NCBI GenBank assembly: GCA_039815375.1 | Contig: JBCBZJ010000001.1 | Coordinates: 288,001-352,000, forward strand | Length of the DNA: 64,000 nucleotides | Reading direction: 5' to 3' | DNA from: Verrucomicrobiota bacterium | GTDB taxonomy: Bacteria > Verrucomicrobiota > Verrucomicrobiia > Opitutales > Coraliomargaritaceae | Shown: piece after piece, positions 49,567 through 60,536 of the stretch | Position numbering within the stretch: position 1 is the stretch's first letter | Layout of the letters: each line of letters opens with the position of its first letter | Translations under genes and position numbers: made by a program | The notes under the pieces: generated by a model | Told to the model about the DNA's origin: nothing | The model's database searches: none | The model's input: only the letters and a program-made list of their open reading frames with translations

Positions 49567-50478
49567 ATGTCATCGCAACCGCTATTAATTACGGGCATAC
49601 ATCGCTCTGGGAGTACGTGGCTCGGACAGGTTGTGGCGCGTTGTCCGCGTTTTGGTTTTGTTTGGGAGCCGCTGAATCAGGAAACCGTTTGTTATGGGCG
49701 TTTTAACTACAGGCCGAATACTTGGTATCCATATATATCGGACTTTGATTGCTCTAGACAGGTCGATGCTTTTCAGCGATTAGAGCAATTCGGTTTTAAC
49801 TACCTAAATGGTCTGAGAGATATTAAGAGTCTGAGAACGCTTTTGCGTTATGGTCGTGATGCAGTTAATTTTAATCGTTGGCGCTGTGAACAGAGACGTT
49901 TGCTCATTAAGGATCCAATGGCTTTTTACTCGGCCGAATGGATTCATCGCCGTTTAAACTCTCAAGTGATTGTCTTGATACGCAACCCGATGGCTTTTGT
50001 TGCAAGTATGTTGAGAGCAGGCTGGTATATGCCCCTAGTGGATATTGTAAATCAAGTTGAGCTAGTTGAGGCATACCCAAGCGAAATATTAGATGATATA
50101 CATGCTTTTCTTGAAGGTTCTGGGGATTGTCATTCGGTTGAAGCCTGCACATTAGGTTGGCGTTACATCCACCAAGTGATAATTATGCTGAAAGAGAAAT
50201 ACTCCAATTGGCTTTTCATAAGTCACGAGGATCTAGTGCGGCTCCCTTCAAAGATGATAACCGAGGTATTCAACTATCTTAGAGAAGAGCCAGGAACGAA
50301 GCTGCTCTCATATCTGGACAATTCATTAAGTTCTGACCAGGGGGAACGAGGCATGCGAAGAGACCCTGCGAAACTACTGGCATCTTATGAAAAAGTGCTG
50401 ACGCATGAGCAGATAAAATATATACGTGACCTATGTGAGCCTGAGTTAAGCAAATTGTATCCGGGGAAATCGTTTTAA
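49567..50478 (+). CDS. Sulfotransferase
   Basis: ITGIHRSGSTW, EP.N, LIKDP, RNP..FV.S, EDL. Confidence 0.85.
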   Translation: MSSQPLLITGIHRSGSTWLGQVVARCPRFGFVWEPLNQETVCYGRFNYRPNTWYPYISDFDCSRQVDAFQRLEQFGFNYLNGLRDIKSLRTLLRYGRDAVNFNRWRCEQRRLLIKDPMAFYSAEWIHRRLNSQVIVLIRNPMAFVASMLRAGWYMPLVDIVNQVELVEAYPSEILDDIHAFLEGSGDCHSVEACTLGWRYIHQVIIMLKEKYSNWLFISHEDLVRLPSKMITEVFNYLREEPGTKLLSYLDNSLSSDQGERGMRRDPAKLLASYEKVLTHEQIKYIRDLCEPELSKLYPGKSF

Positions 50479-51587
50479 TGAAAGTCTGTGTAAGTGTTTC
50501 TTCGGCATCTCGTGCTGGCGGAGGTGTTTTTACTGCGGCGGCGGCCTTGTACTCAAGATTGGCAGAAATGCCGAATGTTGAAGTCTTGGTATTGGCGCCA
50601 CGTGATAAATTCCATCAGGAAGATGCTATTGCTTGGGGAAAGTGTCGGTTGATACACTTATCCAAAGTGGATTTCTTTAGCCGTTATACTTCTATTGTCA
50701 GGCAGCTAAATCCAGACATTGTTCACATCCACGGCCTTTGGACTTTTACTGCATTTTCCGGTGCGTTTGCGGCAAAGCGACTAGGTGTCCCGTATGTTAT
50801 TTCACCTCATGGTATGTTGGATCCATGGGCGCGCGCTAACTCTAAGTACAAGAAAGATGGTGCTTGGGCATTGTTCCAGAAACGTCAGTTTTACGCAGCT
50901 ACACGCGTGCATGCGCTTAATTTAAAAGAGGTTAGTTCGGTGCGGCAGTGTGGATACCGCGGGGAAATTAGTGTATTGCCCAATGGGGTTGATTTACTTG
51001 CAGCACCAGAGGTAAATCTCAATACAGATGCTAAGCGTATGTGTTTTCTTGGCAGAATTCACCCAAAGAAAGGTATTGATATACTGATAGAAGCATGGGC
51101 TATTGCATTAGGAAAAACTGATTCAGCGTTATTGAATTGGTCTTTGGAAATCGCCGGCTGGGATGATGGTGGGCATGTCGACGGGTATAAGTCGCGTGTC
51201 GATGAACTTGGGTTGACCGATGTTATCCGTTTCGTTGCTCCCAAGTTCGATCAAGAAAAATTCAATTTCTTGTCAGGATCGAGTGCATTCATTTTACCAT
51301 CAAGAAGTGAAGGGCTCCCGGTTGCAGTGCTGGAAGCTTGGGAGCGGTGCATTCCAGTTTTAGGGAGTGTTGAAACGAATCTTGTCGACGAAATCAATTC
51401 CGGGTGCGGTGTAGTCATCTCTCTGAATCAGGATGAACTTGCCCGACAGCTTGTGGCTTTTGCAGAACTTGATCTTGAGCAACGTGTTGAAATGGGCCAA
51501 AAGGGCCGATGTCTGGTTGAAGATCGTTTCAGCTGGCGAAAAATTGCGAAACAATTTTATGAGTTGTACCAAACTTATAGTAAATAA
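50478..51587 (+). CDS. Glycosyltransferase family 4
   Basis: HIHGLW, SPHGML, FLGRIHPKKG, LPS.SEGLP..VLEAW. Confidence 0.9.
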   Translation: MKVCVSVSSASRAGGGVFTAAAALYSRLAEMPNVEVLVLAPRDKFHQEDAIAWGKCRLIHLSKVDFFSRYTSIVRQLNPDIVHIHGLWTFTAFSGAFAAKRLGVPYVISPHGMLDPWARANSKYKKDGAWALFQKRQFYAATRVHALNLKEVSSVRQCGYRGEISVLPNGVDLLAAPEVNLNTDAKRMCFLGRIHPKKGIDILIEAWAIALGKTDSALLNWSLEIAGWDDGGHVDGYKSRVDELGLTDVIRFVAPKFDQEKFNFLSGSSAFILPSRSEGLPVAVLEAWERCIPVLGSVETNLVDEINSGCGVVISLNQDELARQLVAFAELDLEQRVEMGQKGRCLVEDRFSWRKIAKQFYELYQTYSK

Positions 51588-52311
51588 ATTCAAATGGTTT
51601 CTAAAGGATAGGCTTGAAGCGTATCCGAGACTTTACGTGAAACTTCTGAATCTGAAGCATGAGTCGAAATATGTTTTTAATCGATCTTGGGTGTGGCACA
51701 AAAAAGTGCTGCGTTCCGATACAGAGTTAATCATTGAAGGATATCCAAGATCTGGAAATACATTTGCTGTCCATGCCTTTAACTATGCTCAAGGGCATGA
51801 GAACACGATTATTGCGACCCATTCACATTCTGCAGCTCCTGTCATTGTTGGTGCACAGCGTGGGCTTCCTATCCTAATTGTTATTCGCAGGCCAGCTGAA
51901 GCGGTGGCATCTTTTACAGCTTTTCAGCGATACATCCGTGGGATAAATGAGGATTACGTCTTTTCTGAGTCGAATCTGATGCGTGCCATAGAGCGTTACA
52001 TCGTTTTCTACTCGTCGATACTCGATTTGATCGACAAATGCACGATTGCGACATTTGAAGAAGTTATTTCGGACTATGGGGCTGTAATCTTACGAGTGAA
52101 TGAGAAGTTCTTAACAGATTTCAAATGCTTTGAGCATGATGATTCTAGTGTCAATGAAGTCTTTAAAAGGGGGCCTGGTCATATGGTTCCAAGTGAAGAT
52201 AGAAGAATCTTTAAGTCTAAGACCCTACAGGCGCTTGAGACAGGTAAGTGTGGCACTATACTGGAAGAAGCAAAGCATGTATATTCCCTCGTAGTTGAGG
52301 GGCGCGATTGA
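51559..52311 (+). CDS. Sulfotransferase-like protein
   Basis: IEGYPRSGNTF, H.H, IR.P..AV.S, FE. Start at ATG 51559. Confidence 0.7.
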   Translation: MSCTKLIVNKFKWFLKDRLEAYPRLYVKLLNLKHESKYVFNRSWVWHKKVLRSDTELIIEGYPRSGNTFAVHAFNYAQGHENTIIATHSHSAAPVIVGAQRGLPILIVIRRPAEAVASFTAFQRYIRGINEDYVFSESNLMRAIERYIVFYSSILDLIDKCTIATFEEVISDYGAVILRVNEKFLTDFKCFEHDDSSVNEVFKRGPGHMVPSEDRRIFKSKTLQALETGKCGTILEEAKHVYSLVVEGRD

Positions 52312-52856
52312 TGGACAAGAGAGTTAACGTTGTAGGCAATCGCTCTGCTGTTAAGTATCGTAAGCGAGAATTGGTTTATCGCGTTTTGTGGGGCTGGGGT
52401 AAATTACTGTTTTGGATCAGCCCCAGACCGTGCTTTGGTTTCCGCAGATTTTTGTTAAGGTGTTTTGGTGCCCAAGTTGGTTCTAGAGTGAATATATACC
52501 CTTCTGTGAATGTATACTTCCCCTGGAATTTGACCATTGGGGAAGACAGTGCTGTGGGTGAGTGGGCGCTGATATATAATTTAGGTAAGGTTGAAATTGG
52601 TTCTAGGTCTACGATATCGCAGCGCACCCATCTTTGCGCAGGATCTCACGATTACAGTGATCCGAATATGCCTCTTTTGAAGCTACCAATTGTAATTTCG
52701 GATGACGTTTGGGTGTGCGCAGATTGCTTTATTGGTCCAAATGTAACGATTGCTAAGCGGGCAATTGTTGCAGCAGCGTCGGTAGTAGTTAAGGATGTTG
52801 AAGAATCTGTGATTGTCGCAGGAAATCCAGCAGTGCTCAAAAAGAGTAGAGATTAA
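52308..52856 (+). CDS. WcaF-like polysaccharide O-acetyltransferase (hexapeptide repeat)
   Basis: LLR.FGA, FPWNL.IG, ISQ...LCAGSHD, GNPA. Confidence 0.9.
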   Translation: MMDKRVNVVGNRSAVKYRKRELVYRVLWGWGKLLFWISPRPCFGFRRFLLRCFGAQVGSRVNIYPSVNVYFPWNLTIGEDSAVGEWALIYNLGKVEIGSRSTISQRTHLCAGSHDYSDPNMPLLKLPIVISDDVWVCADCFIGPNVTIAKRAIVAAASVVVKDVEESVIVAGNPAVLKKSRD

Positions 52857-52863
52857 AAGTATT

Positions 52864-53700
52864 ATGTCGCGTCTGTCGTTTTTGATTCAGAGCTATTGTA
52901 AGCAGCCTCAGTATTGGTTTAAGAATGTTACACTTCGTAGGTTGCGGACGCGTTCGGGCTTAAAAATTCTGTTTGTTGTCGGCGCGCCGCGTTCTGGTAC
53001 AACGCTCCTTCATTCACTTTTAGGTGCGCACAGTCAGTGTTTTACAGTGCAGTATGAGACCGGTCTTTTTACGTGGCAGAATCTTTATGATCATGCCAGA
53101 TTAGGGCTTACTTTGGATCAAACTCACAGTAGGCTCAATCGCGCTAGCGATATTGTGAAGTTTCTGGAGACATTCGTTTGCGAGTTGGATGATTATAATT
53201 CGGATCATTACTTCATTGAGAAGACCCCGCAACATGTGAATCATATTGGTAAGTTAAAGCGTCATTTTCCAGAGGCTTTATTTATCCATGTCCACAGGGA
53301 TGTAAGAGATTGCTACCTCTCTGCCTGTGATGTCGATGGTATGAGTTATTTTCACAATGCAGAACGCTATGCGAAGTATTGGAATCGCTGTGTGACTAAT
53401 GGATTGAAATATAAGGAGTCCGATTTTCTTTATACCCTCGCATATGAAGATTTTGTGAGTTCGCCATTAGCAAGTTTGCAGGAGATTATGGATTTCCTCG
53501 GGTTATCCTATGAGCAAAACCAGTTAAACCCTGATGTTTATGGAGCTGATCGTCGATCGACACGAAAGCATTTTTCCAGATTAAATGAACCAATCTCTTC
53601 GAAGTCTGTTGGTCGATGGCAGGGAGTATTAAAGCCTACTGAACGTGATAGAATCGAATCGATTTCTAGCAGTGTGCTATCTCGTCTCGGATATCTTTGA
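52864..53700 (+). CDS. Sulfotransferase
   Basis: FVVGAPRSGTTLL, EKTP, RD.RD..LS, YEDFV, SVGRW. Confidence 0.88.
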   Translation: MSRLSFLIQSYCKQPQYWFKNVTLRRLRTRSGLKILFVVGAPRSGTTLLHSLLGAHSQCFTVQYETGLFTWQNLYDHARLGLTLDQTHSRLNRASDIVKFLETFVCELDDYNSDHYFIEKTPQHVNHIGKLKRHFPEALFIHVHRDVRDCYLSACDVDGMSYFHNAERYAKYWNRCVTNGLKYKESDFLYTLAYEDFVSSPLASLQEIMDFLGLSYEQNQLNPDVYGADRRSTRKHFSRLNEPISSKSVGRWQGVLKPTERDRIESISSSVLSRLGYL

Positions 53701-53717
53701 GACGGAACTAGACGAAT

Positions 53718-54512
53718 ATGAATATATCCGTACTCATTTTGACCTATAATGAGTCTATTAACCTACCTGATTGCTTGAGGTCGGTCGCTTTTTCTAACGA
53801 TATTGTAGTTTTAGACTCAAATAGTACTGATGGCACAGATCATATTGCCAGAGATTTTGGGGCTACAGTATTAAATCGTGATTTTGATAATTATTCCGCT
53901 CAGCGTAACTATGGACTTTCGTATGATTTTAAGTATGATTGGGTTTTGATGATAGATGCAGACGAGCGGGTTTCCGATCAGCTTGTTGCCGAGTTAAAAA
54001 AGATTGTAGAGGCTGTCGATAATCCTGTGACGCTCTATCGAATGAGACGCAAAGATATGTTCATGGGAACTTGGCTCAGGCGATCTAGTGGATATCCTAC
54101 ATGGTTTGGTCGGCTTTTTCGTAAAGGGCGCGTCAGCGTAGAGCGCGAAATTAATGAAGAATACTATACTGATGGAGATATAGGGTTACTCAAAAACCAT
54201 TTGATTCATTTTCCTTTTAATAAGGGTATCGAGTATTGGTTCGAGCGCCACAATCGATATTCATCAATGGAAGCGTTGAAGCTCTCTAATGAGAGAATGC
54301 TATCGATTGAATGGAAATGGTTTATCAACGGAGATCCGATGTTGAGACGTAAGGCGTTCAAGCAGGTGGCCTATCGGATGCCATTTAGACCTCTGCTTAC
54401 ATTTCTTTTTTTGTATTTCGTGAAGCTAGGGTTCCTGGATGGGCGCCCTGGGTTACACTTTAGTCTGATGCGCGCAGTTTATGAGTATATGATATTGCTG
54501 AAAATGCGTTAA
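53718..54512 (+). CDS. Glycosyltransferase family 2 (WaaE-like)
   Basis: LTYNE, DS.STD.T, QRN, DADE, HNRYS, GFLDG. Confidence 0.9.
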   Translation: MNISVLILTYNESINLPDCLRSVAFSNDIVVLDSNSTDGTDHIARDFGATVLNRDFDNYSAQRNYGLSYDFKYDWVLMIDADERVSDQLVAELKKIVEAVDNPVTLYRMRRKDMFMGTWLRRSSGYPTWFGRLFRKGRVSVEREINEEYYTDGDIGLLKNHLIHFPFNKGIEYWFERHNRYSSMEALKLSNERMLSIEWKWFINGDPMLRRKAFKQVAYRMPFRPLLTFLFLYFVKLGFLDGRPGLHFSLMRAVYEYMILLKMR

Positions 54513-54526
54513 TTGAACCCGATTAC

Positions 54527-55810
54527 ATGAAAGTAACATATTGGTCGTCGACAGAGTATTCTGGTTTTCTCGAGGGATTAGTGCGTGAGTTGACCTATGC
54601 TCGCATTCCTGCTGGACAACGTTTTCAGATTTCAGAGGGGAGCTATCGTTCGGCTAAGTCCTCGTGTTCGCGGCTGTTTTTGAGGTTTCGGCAGTATGTC
54701 GCTTATCCAGTACAGCTTTTGTTTGTTTTGTTAAAGCGACGTGTTTTCAGTTATAAGAAAGTAGATGATGTATGTGTTGTAAGCACGAATACATTCTATG
54801 CGCCGTTATTGGCGATCTGCTTACATCCGAACGTTGTGCATTTGGTCTATGATCTGTTTCCCGAGGCGATGATCCATTCGGGTAAATGGAAGGAAGGTGC
54901 GCTTAAGGTTAAAGTTGTGCGCTGGATTACCCAAAAGACCCTTTTGCGGTCAAAGTGTAATGTCTTTCTTGGCCAACGCTTGAAGGATTATGTAGAATCA
55001 ATTCATGGACATGTGCCGAATTCAATTATTATTCCGGTGGGGGCGGACCAATCGTTGTTTCAGGTTTCGCCGAAACAGCGATTGAGTGAAAGGGATGGTC
55101 AAGGGGAGAGTTTGATTAAAAAACCTCTGGGAGCTCAGAAGGCACTTTTACATTCGACTCTCACTGGCCACCCGGCACCAACGGTGCTGTATTGTGGGAA
55201 TTTTGGTAATATGCATGATTCTGAAACTCTATTCCATTATTGGAAAAGAGTTTCAGAGAATGAAGGTTTGAATAAAGTCGCTCTGGACCAGTCTTCCAGG
55301 TTTCCCAATTCCATCCATCAGCTGCGCTGGCGTTTCCACTGTTCTGGTCCGAAGCGTGCGGCGCTTGAGGAGCTGTTTGAGACTTTGTCGGATCAAGTCA
55401 AAGCAACGATTCGTATTGGAGAGGGGCTCTCTCAATCAGAATGGGTCGAAACCATGGAGCAGGCAGATGTGGCGCTGGTGACAATGGCTCCTGGTGCAGA
55501 GACTGTCGTGATGCCGAGTAAGACGTACTCCGCCATGATGGCCGGGCAGGCAATTTTAGCGATTGCACCTGAAGAGTCCGATCTTGTTGATTTGATCAAA
55601 GAAGCCAATTGCGGTTGGTGGGTGAAGCCGGGAGATGTGATTGGGCTTGAGCAGGCTATTGCTGAAATACTCAACGATTCTGATGCTTTGCTTGAAAAAC
55701 GAGAACGTGCATTTCTTTATGCGCACAAACGGTTCGGCCAAGACTCGCTTGCCAAGGAGTGGATTGATTTGATTGAGCATTTAGTTCCGAATCTGAAACC
55801 CGTTACCTAA
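54527..55810 (+). CDS. Glycosyltransferase family 4 (WbuB-like)
   Basis: YDLFPE, Y.GN.G..H, MPSK.Y..M.AG. Confidence 0.8.
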   Translation: MKVTYWSSTEYSGFLEGLVRELTYARIPAGQRFQISEGSYRSAKSSCSRLFLRFRQYVAYPVQLLFVLLKRRVFSYKKVDDVCVVSTNTFYAPLLAICLHPNVVHLVYDLFPEAMIHSGKWKEGALKVKVVRWITQKTLLRSKCNVFLGQRLKDYVESIHGHVPNSIIIPVGADQSLFQVSPKQRLSERDGQGESLIKKPLGAQKALLHSTLTGHPAPTVLYCGNFGNMHDSETLFHYWKRVSENEGLNKVALDQSSRFPNSIHQLRWRFHCSGPKRAALEELFETLSDQVKATIRIGEGLSQSEWVETMEQADVALVTMAPGAETVVMPSKTYSAMMAGQAILAIAPEESDLVDLIKEANCGWWVKPGDVIGLEQAIAEILNDSDALLEKRERAFLYAHKRFGQDSLAKEWIDLIEHLVPNLKPVT

Positions 55811-55821
55811 GGCAAAGAAAT

Positions 55822-57672
55822 ATGTCACCTCAGCTCCGAGTTGTATCATTAATCCTGCTTTACGGCCTTATTGCCTGTCTGAGTTATTGGGGTGCATGGT
55901 TGCTACGCTTTGGCTTTTATCCGGACCTTAGTGGGATTCCGGAGAACTTTCAGACGCTTTGGTGGCAGCAGGGGGTGTATCTCCTACCGCTGAAGTTAGC
56001 ACTGCTCTATGCTTCCGGTCAGTTTAGTGGGTTTATCCGTTTTTTCCGTTTTCCGGATGCAGTGCGTTTGGCCGGAGCATCAGGTTTGTTCAGTTTTGTT
56101 TGCCTTGTCGTTTGGTATTTCACCTCGATACGCTTTGTCCCGCCGGCTTTGGTTCTGGCTGCCGATTTCCTGCTGTTTACTTTTTTCGCGATGAGTGCCC
56201 GGGTCGGGATTCGTTTGATCGATGAGTGGCGTCAGTCCTCTAGCACTGCGGGTAAAAAGGCAGATCGTGTCGGTATTATTGGTGTGGGAGAAACGGGTTC
56301 TTCTCTGGCGGCAGAGCTGAGTGCCCAGCCCGCGCTAGGTATGCGGCCAGTAGCGTTCTTTGATGTGAATCCCGATAATCAGGGACGGACGCTTCATGGC
56401 ATTCCAGTTCTAGGAGTACTCGAAGATATCCCTTCCTACTATCAGTCGCATGATTTAGACAAAATCGTACTAGCAATGCCTAACGCGTCTCCTGAGGAGA
56501 TTCGGCAAATCACGGTTCTTTTGAAATCAGCAAAGATACCGTTGGAGACGATCGCTCCGCTTGGACAGAGACTTAGCAATCCAGATTTGAAGCAAACACG
56601 TGAGGTCAAGATTGAAGACTTGCTTTACCGTGAACCGATTGCACTCGATGAGGAAAAGTTGTCTCAATTTATTAAGGGACATAGAGTTTTAGTGACGGGT
56701 GCAGGTGGGAGCATTGGTAGTGAGCTCGCATTTCAGATTGCTGGAATGGAGCCTGCCGAGCTGATCATGCTGGACCGGAGCGAAGGGGCACTCTTTGAAG
56801 CGGAGCAGCGTGTGCTTCAAAGCATTGAAAATACATCTCTTCAGGTTGAGGTTGCCGATTTGAGGGATGATGAAGTGATCGATACTTTGCTGGGCCGTTG
56901 CAAACCCAACGTTATCTTTCACGCTGCTGCGCATAAGCATGTCGGTATGATGGAGCGCCAGCCACGTGAGTCTTTTGCTAACAACACAGTAGTCACCATG
57001 CGTTTTGCTGAAAAAGCATTGGCACATGGCGTTAAAGCTTTTTGCCTCATATCAACCGATAAAGCCGTAGAGCCAACGAATGCGATGGGAGCAACAAAAC
57101 GTTTGGCAGAGAAAGCAGTGCAGGCGCTAGTTGATTCCGGGCAGAGTGGAAGCACACAGTTTACTGTAGTGCGCTTTGGCAATGTTGTCGGCTCTTCTGG
57201 AAGTGTAATTCCTATTTTTGAAAAACAGATTGAGGAACGACGACCCGTTACGGTGACGGATCCTGCGATGACTCGTTACTTTATGACGATTCCAGAGGCA
57301 GTTGGATTAGTTCTGCAAGCGACTGCTTTTGAATCAGCAGCAGCGCTGTTCACTTTGGAAATGGGTGATCCTGTTCGCATTGACGATATGGCACGTGACC
57401 TGATACGTTTAAAAGGACTGGAGCCAGATGTAGACATTCCAATTGTTTATACAGGTATTCGACCAGGCGAAAAGTTGGATGAATCGATCCATTACCCCAT
57501 GGAGCAGCTTGAAGCGACGGATCATCCGAAAATTGTGCGTGTAGGATTGGTTTCTCAAGATCGAGATGAGGCAGATGCATTTCTAAGTGAAATTAGTCAT
57601 CTTTTTGAGAACTTATGTGTCATGCCAGATGCTGACTTCCGTGATCGGCTTTTTCGTCTAGCGAACACTTGA
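55822..57672 (+). CDS. Membrane-bound UDP-GlcNAc 4,6-dehydratase (CapD/PglF/WbpM family)
   Basis: N-terminal TMs, TGAGGSIGSEL, HAAAHKHV, STDKAV.P.N.MGATK, RFGNV.GSSGSV, RPGEKL. Confidence 0.93.
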   Translation: MSPQLRVVSLILLYGLIACLSYWGAWLLRFGFYPDLSGIPENFQTLWWQQGVYLLPLKLALLYASGQFSGFIRFFRFPDAVRLAGASGLFSFVCLVVWYFTSIRFVPPALVLAADFLLFTFFAMSARVGIRLIDEWRQSSSTAGKKADRVGIIGVGETGSSLAAELSAQPALGMRPVAFFDVNPDNQGRTLHGIPVLGVLEDIPSYYQSHDLDKIVLAMPNASPEEIRQITVLLKSAKIPLETIAPLGQRLSNPDLKQTREVKIEDLLYREPIALDEEKLSQFIKGHRVLVTGAGGSIGSELAFQIAGMEPAELIMLDRSEGALFEAEQRVLQSIENTSLQVEVADLRDDEVIDTLLGRCKPNVIFHAAAHKHVGMMERQPRESFANNTVVTMRFAEKALAHGVKAFCLISTDKAVEPTNAMGATKRLAEKAVQALVDSGQSGSTQFTVVRFGNVVGSSGSVIPIFEKQIEERRPVTVTDPAMTRYFMTIPEAVGLVLQATAFESAAALFTLEMGDPVRIDDMARDLIRLKGLEPDVDIPIVYTGIRPGEKLDESIHYPMEQLEATDHPKIVRVGLVSQDRDEADAFLSEISHLFENLCVMPDADFRDRLFRLANT

Positions 57673-57747
57673 TTGATCACATTTTCTTTTCAGAACGCAG
57701 TGGTAGAGTTTCTCCGCTGCGTTTTTCTGATTAGCACATTAAATCTA

Positions 57748-60225
57748 ATGAAATTAAAGACTCCAGAGCTTAGATGTGTAATCTTCGTTCTTTTGTGTCT
57801 TGGTTTTGTTCAGAGCCTGTTTGCGGTCCGTAGTATTCCATGGCGTCCCGAGCGTTTGCCTGGTTCTTCCCGCCTTTCGATTGATTCGATTCGCTGGCTT
57901 GTTTTGCCTCCGAAAGCGGACGAAGATCTGCTTCGTGCTGCAAATGATCTGGCCGAGGTCTTCAAGCTAAGGGGCATAGACACTGAGATCGTTGAGGCTG
58001 ATGGATTAAAGCCACGTTATGCGATTATCATTAGTCCATACGGGCGCAGTTCACGTGATTTGGGTGGTGGCTACCTGATCCGGCGAAGGCAGAGTCGAGT
58101 CTATATTAGGTCTGCCGATACAGAAGGCCTGGTAAATGGGATCTATGCGATTTGCCAAGAACTACTTGGAGCTCGATGGTATTGGCCCAGTGAGTTGGGC
58201 TTCCAGCTCACCGATGTATACGAAAATAAGTTCCCCGATCGGTTGTGGTGGGGTCGACCTGCTTTCATTGAGCGGAGACTGCATCCCGTAGATACTGATT
58301 TCGGCAGGCGTAATGGCCTTAATCGACTGTATTCCTTTAATCACAATCTTGCTCGAATTTTCAATGAGGATGTCTATCGGAAGCATCCCGAAGCATTTGC
58401 TGAGATTGGCGGAAAGCGCAGTCGACCCAAAGGTAGCCGTCAGATTGATCGACAACCTGATTTCACCGAAGCTGTAACAGTTGATTTATCGGTTGCTGCC
58501 GTGCGGACACACTTTGCCGAGGAGCCGGATTCGATGAGCTTCTCTCTCTCGATCAATGATAATGTTTTATTTGATCAGAGTGCAGAAACTGAAGCAGTTG
58601 TCTCACCTATTGATCATTTCCGAGGGCTACCAAATTATACGAACTTGGTTTTTGGTTATATGAATAAGGTTGCGAGCAATCTCTTCAGTGATTCAGAAAA
58701 CCTGAAAAATGACTCAGGTCATAATCGTTACTTAACAGCATTGGCATACTATTGGACGGAACAGTCACCCAGTTTTGAAATACACCCTCGGATCATGCCT
58801 GTGCTGACTTCTGATCGTGGGCAGTGGCATGATCCGAAGTATCGAGAAGAGGACAAAGCACTCATACGGCGTTGGGTCAATTCGGGAGCAGAGCGTATTG
58901 CAACTTGGGATTATTACTTTGGCGCCCCATATCCGTATCCTCGACAGTTTAACCAGTGGATCGGTGAGAGCATTAAGTTTTTGCATCGTGAAGGTGTCGA
59001 TGTGTTCTTTTCTCAGCTGCCTTCGGTTTGGGGTTTGGATGGTCCGAAGGCCTGGTTGACTGCTCAGTTACTTTGGAATCCGAAGCAGGACGTTGAAGAG
59101 CTATTGGACGAATTTTACACGAACTTCTTTGGGGCTGCGGCTGAGCCGATGCGTGAGTTTTATGAGATAGCAGAAGATATCAGGAATGAGAACGAAGGCG
59201 AAGCCGCTTGGATCAAATTCTATAAAGATGAAGCAGGCATCGAGCTCTTTGATCGCGAAACACTGAAGAAAATGCGCGATCAGATTAGTTTGGCCCAAAT
59301 TTTGGTTCGGAACGATCAAAGTCGTCTGGCCCGGGTCTTAGTGGTCTCTTTGGCATTTGAATTCACCGAGGCTTATGCGACTTTTCATTATTCTAGACGT
59401 GAGTTGTTTGAATTGAGTTTATCCTCTCTTAACAACAAATCAACTCAATCGAACCCTTCGCTCTTAGAGGTTTGGGATAGTTATCTAAAAGCGAGTTCGA
59501 ATTTTGATATACTGAAGAAGCGTATTAACGAAGAACCGATGTGTAAGGGCCTACGGAGATTTGATAGCTTTCTTCAGTCTGCCCCGGAACCGCTTGCAAT
59601 GGCAGCGTTTTCGAAGCTTCAGTTAGATTCTAGTAGCCAATTGGAGAGTGAAGCTGTCGATCCAAGCCGCTTTGAGATGATCCAAGCTGCTTCTCTTGCT
59701 TGGGGTGAGAATGGTCCTGTTTTCGAATCTGTAATTGATAATTCAAGTCTTCGGCACACAGGTCAGGAGCTCCGTGACTTCCTCGGGCCGAAAATTCCTC
59801 GGATCGATGGATGGAGGATTCAATATCGTCCTAGTCAGGGGTTTCTGATGCGATCTGCTGCAGAGAGCTTTGGGTCGGGCTTGCGAATTGAAAATGCAAA
59901 TATCGTTGCGCTTACTCGGATCTGTCCCGTCGCGCCCGGTAGGCCACATGTCTTGGATATGCTGGCAAGTTGGAAGGTGAGCCCCGATAACCGGACATGG
60001 ATACAGCTCGTTTGGAGGGCAGAAGATGGAAAGACGTTAAAAACTCAGGTCCCAATGATGATTCCAACAGGTTCTTCAAACGAACCACAAGTTCTTAGCC
60101 TTTTATTTGATCCCCCTCGCGATGCGATTGAGGTTGGTATTCTCGTGATGACAAATCGCCAGTCTCGAGGGGATTTTATTGAGCTGGAGAAATTGGACTT
60201 TGGCCCACTTCGACCAGCCGACTAG
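57748..60225 (+). CDS. Large exported protein, DUF4838-like (possible glycan-active protein)
   Basis: Signal peptide, GH20/GH67-like N-terminal pattern (G...GIY....LG.RW..P), HPE.FA, LAY, A.LLWNP..D...L.DEF...FFG.AA. Confidence 0.55.
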   Translation: MKLKTPELRCVIFVLLCLGFVQSLFAVRSIPWRPERLPGSSRLSIDSIRWLVLPPKADEDLLRAANDLAEVFKLRGIDTEIVEADGLKPRYAIIISPYGRSSRDLGGGYLIRRRQSRVYIRSADTEGLVNGIYAICQELLGARWYWPSELGFQLTDVYENKFPDRLWWGRPAFIERRLHPVDTDFGRRNGLNRLYSFNHNLARIFNEDVYRKHPEAFAEIGGKRSRPKGSRQIDRQPDFTEAVTVDLSVAAVRTHFAEEPDSMSFSLSINDNVLFDQSAETEAVVSPIDHFRGLPNYTNLVFGYMNKVASNLFSDSENLKNDSGHNRYLTALAYYWTEQSPSFEIHPRIMPVLTSDRGQWHDPKYREEDKALIRRWVNSGAERIATWDYYFGAPYPYPRQFNQWIGESIKFLHREGVDVFFSQLPSVWGLDGPKAWLTAQLLWNPKQDVEELLDEFYTNFFGAAAEPMREFYEIAEDIRNENEGEAAWIKFYKDEAGIELFDRETLKKMRDQISLAQILVRNDQSRLARVLVVSLAFEFTEAYATFHYSRRELFELSLSSLNNKSTQSNPSLLEVWDSYLKASSNFDILKKRINEEPMCKGLRRFDSFLQSAPEPLAMAAFSKLQLDSSSQLESEAVDPSRFEMIQAASLAWGENGPVFESVIDNSSLRHTGQELRDFLGPKIPRIDGWRIQYRPSQGFLMRSAAESFGSGLRIENANIVALTRICPVAPGRPHVLDMLASWKVSPDNRTWIQLVWRAEDGKTLKTQVPMMIPTGSSNEPQVLSLLFDPPRDAIEVGILVMTNRQSRGDFIELEKLDFGPLRPAD

Positions 60226-60482
60226 ACATCGATTACTACGTCGCTATCTTCCTTTGGTTGGCAGCAGCAGAGGAGGGCGCCACCTTCGTCGGGTTCGCCA
60301 GTGTGCCCCATCGGATATTCTACTTCTCCGGAAACGATAGTTTGCTCACAGGCGGTGCAATTACCCATGCGGCAACCGTAGTCCAGATCGAGGTCGTTGG
60401 CTTCCGCCAATTCGAGAATGCTATCCTCGCTACCGTCCCAATCCACTTCCACGCCCGACTTTTGAAATAGTATTTTCGACAT
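60222..60482 (-). CDS. Plant-type 2Fe-2S ferredoxin
   Basis: CRMGNCTAC...LLCC (CX4CX2C...C); 86 aa. Confidence 0.88.
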   Translation of the reverse strand: MSKILFQKSGVEVDWDGSEDSILELAEANDLDLDYGCRMGNCTACEQTIVSGEVEYPMGHTGEPDEGGALLCCCQPKEDSDVVIDV

Positions 60483-60536
60483 GTGTCTCTTTTAGCCTGA
60501 TACTCGACAATTGCAACAGTTCCCCTTTCTAATTCT

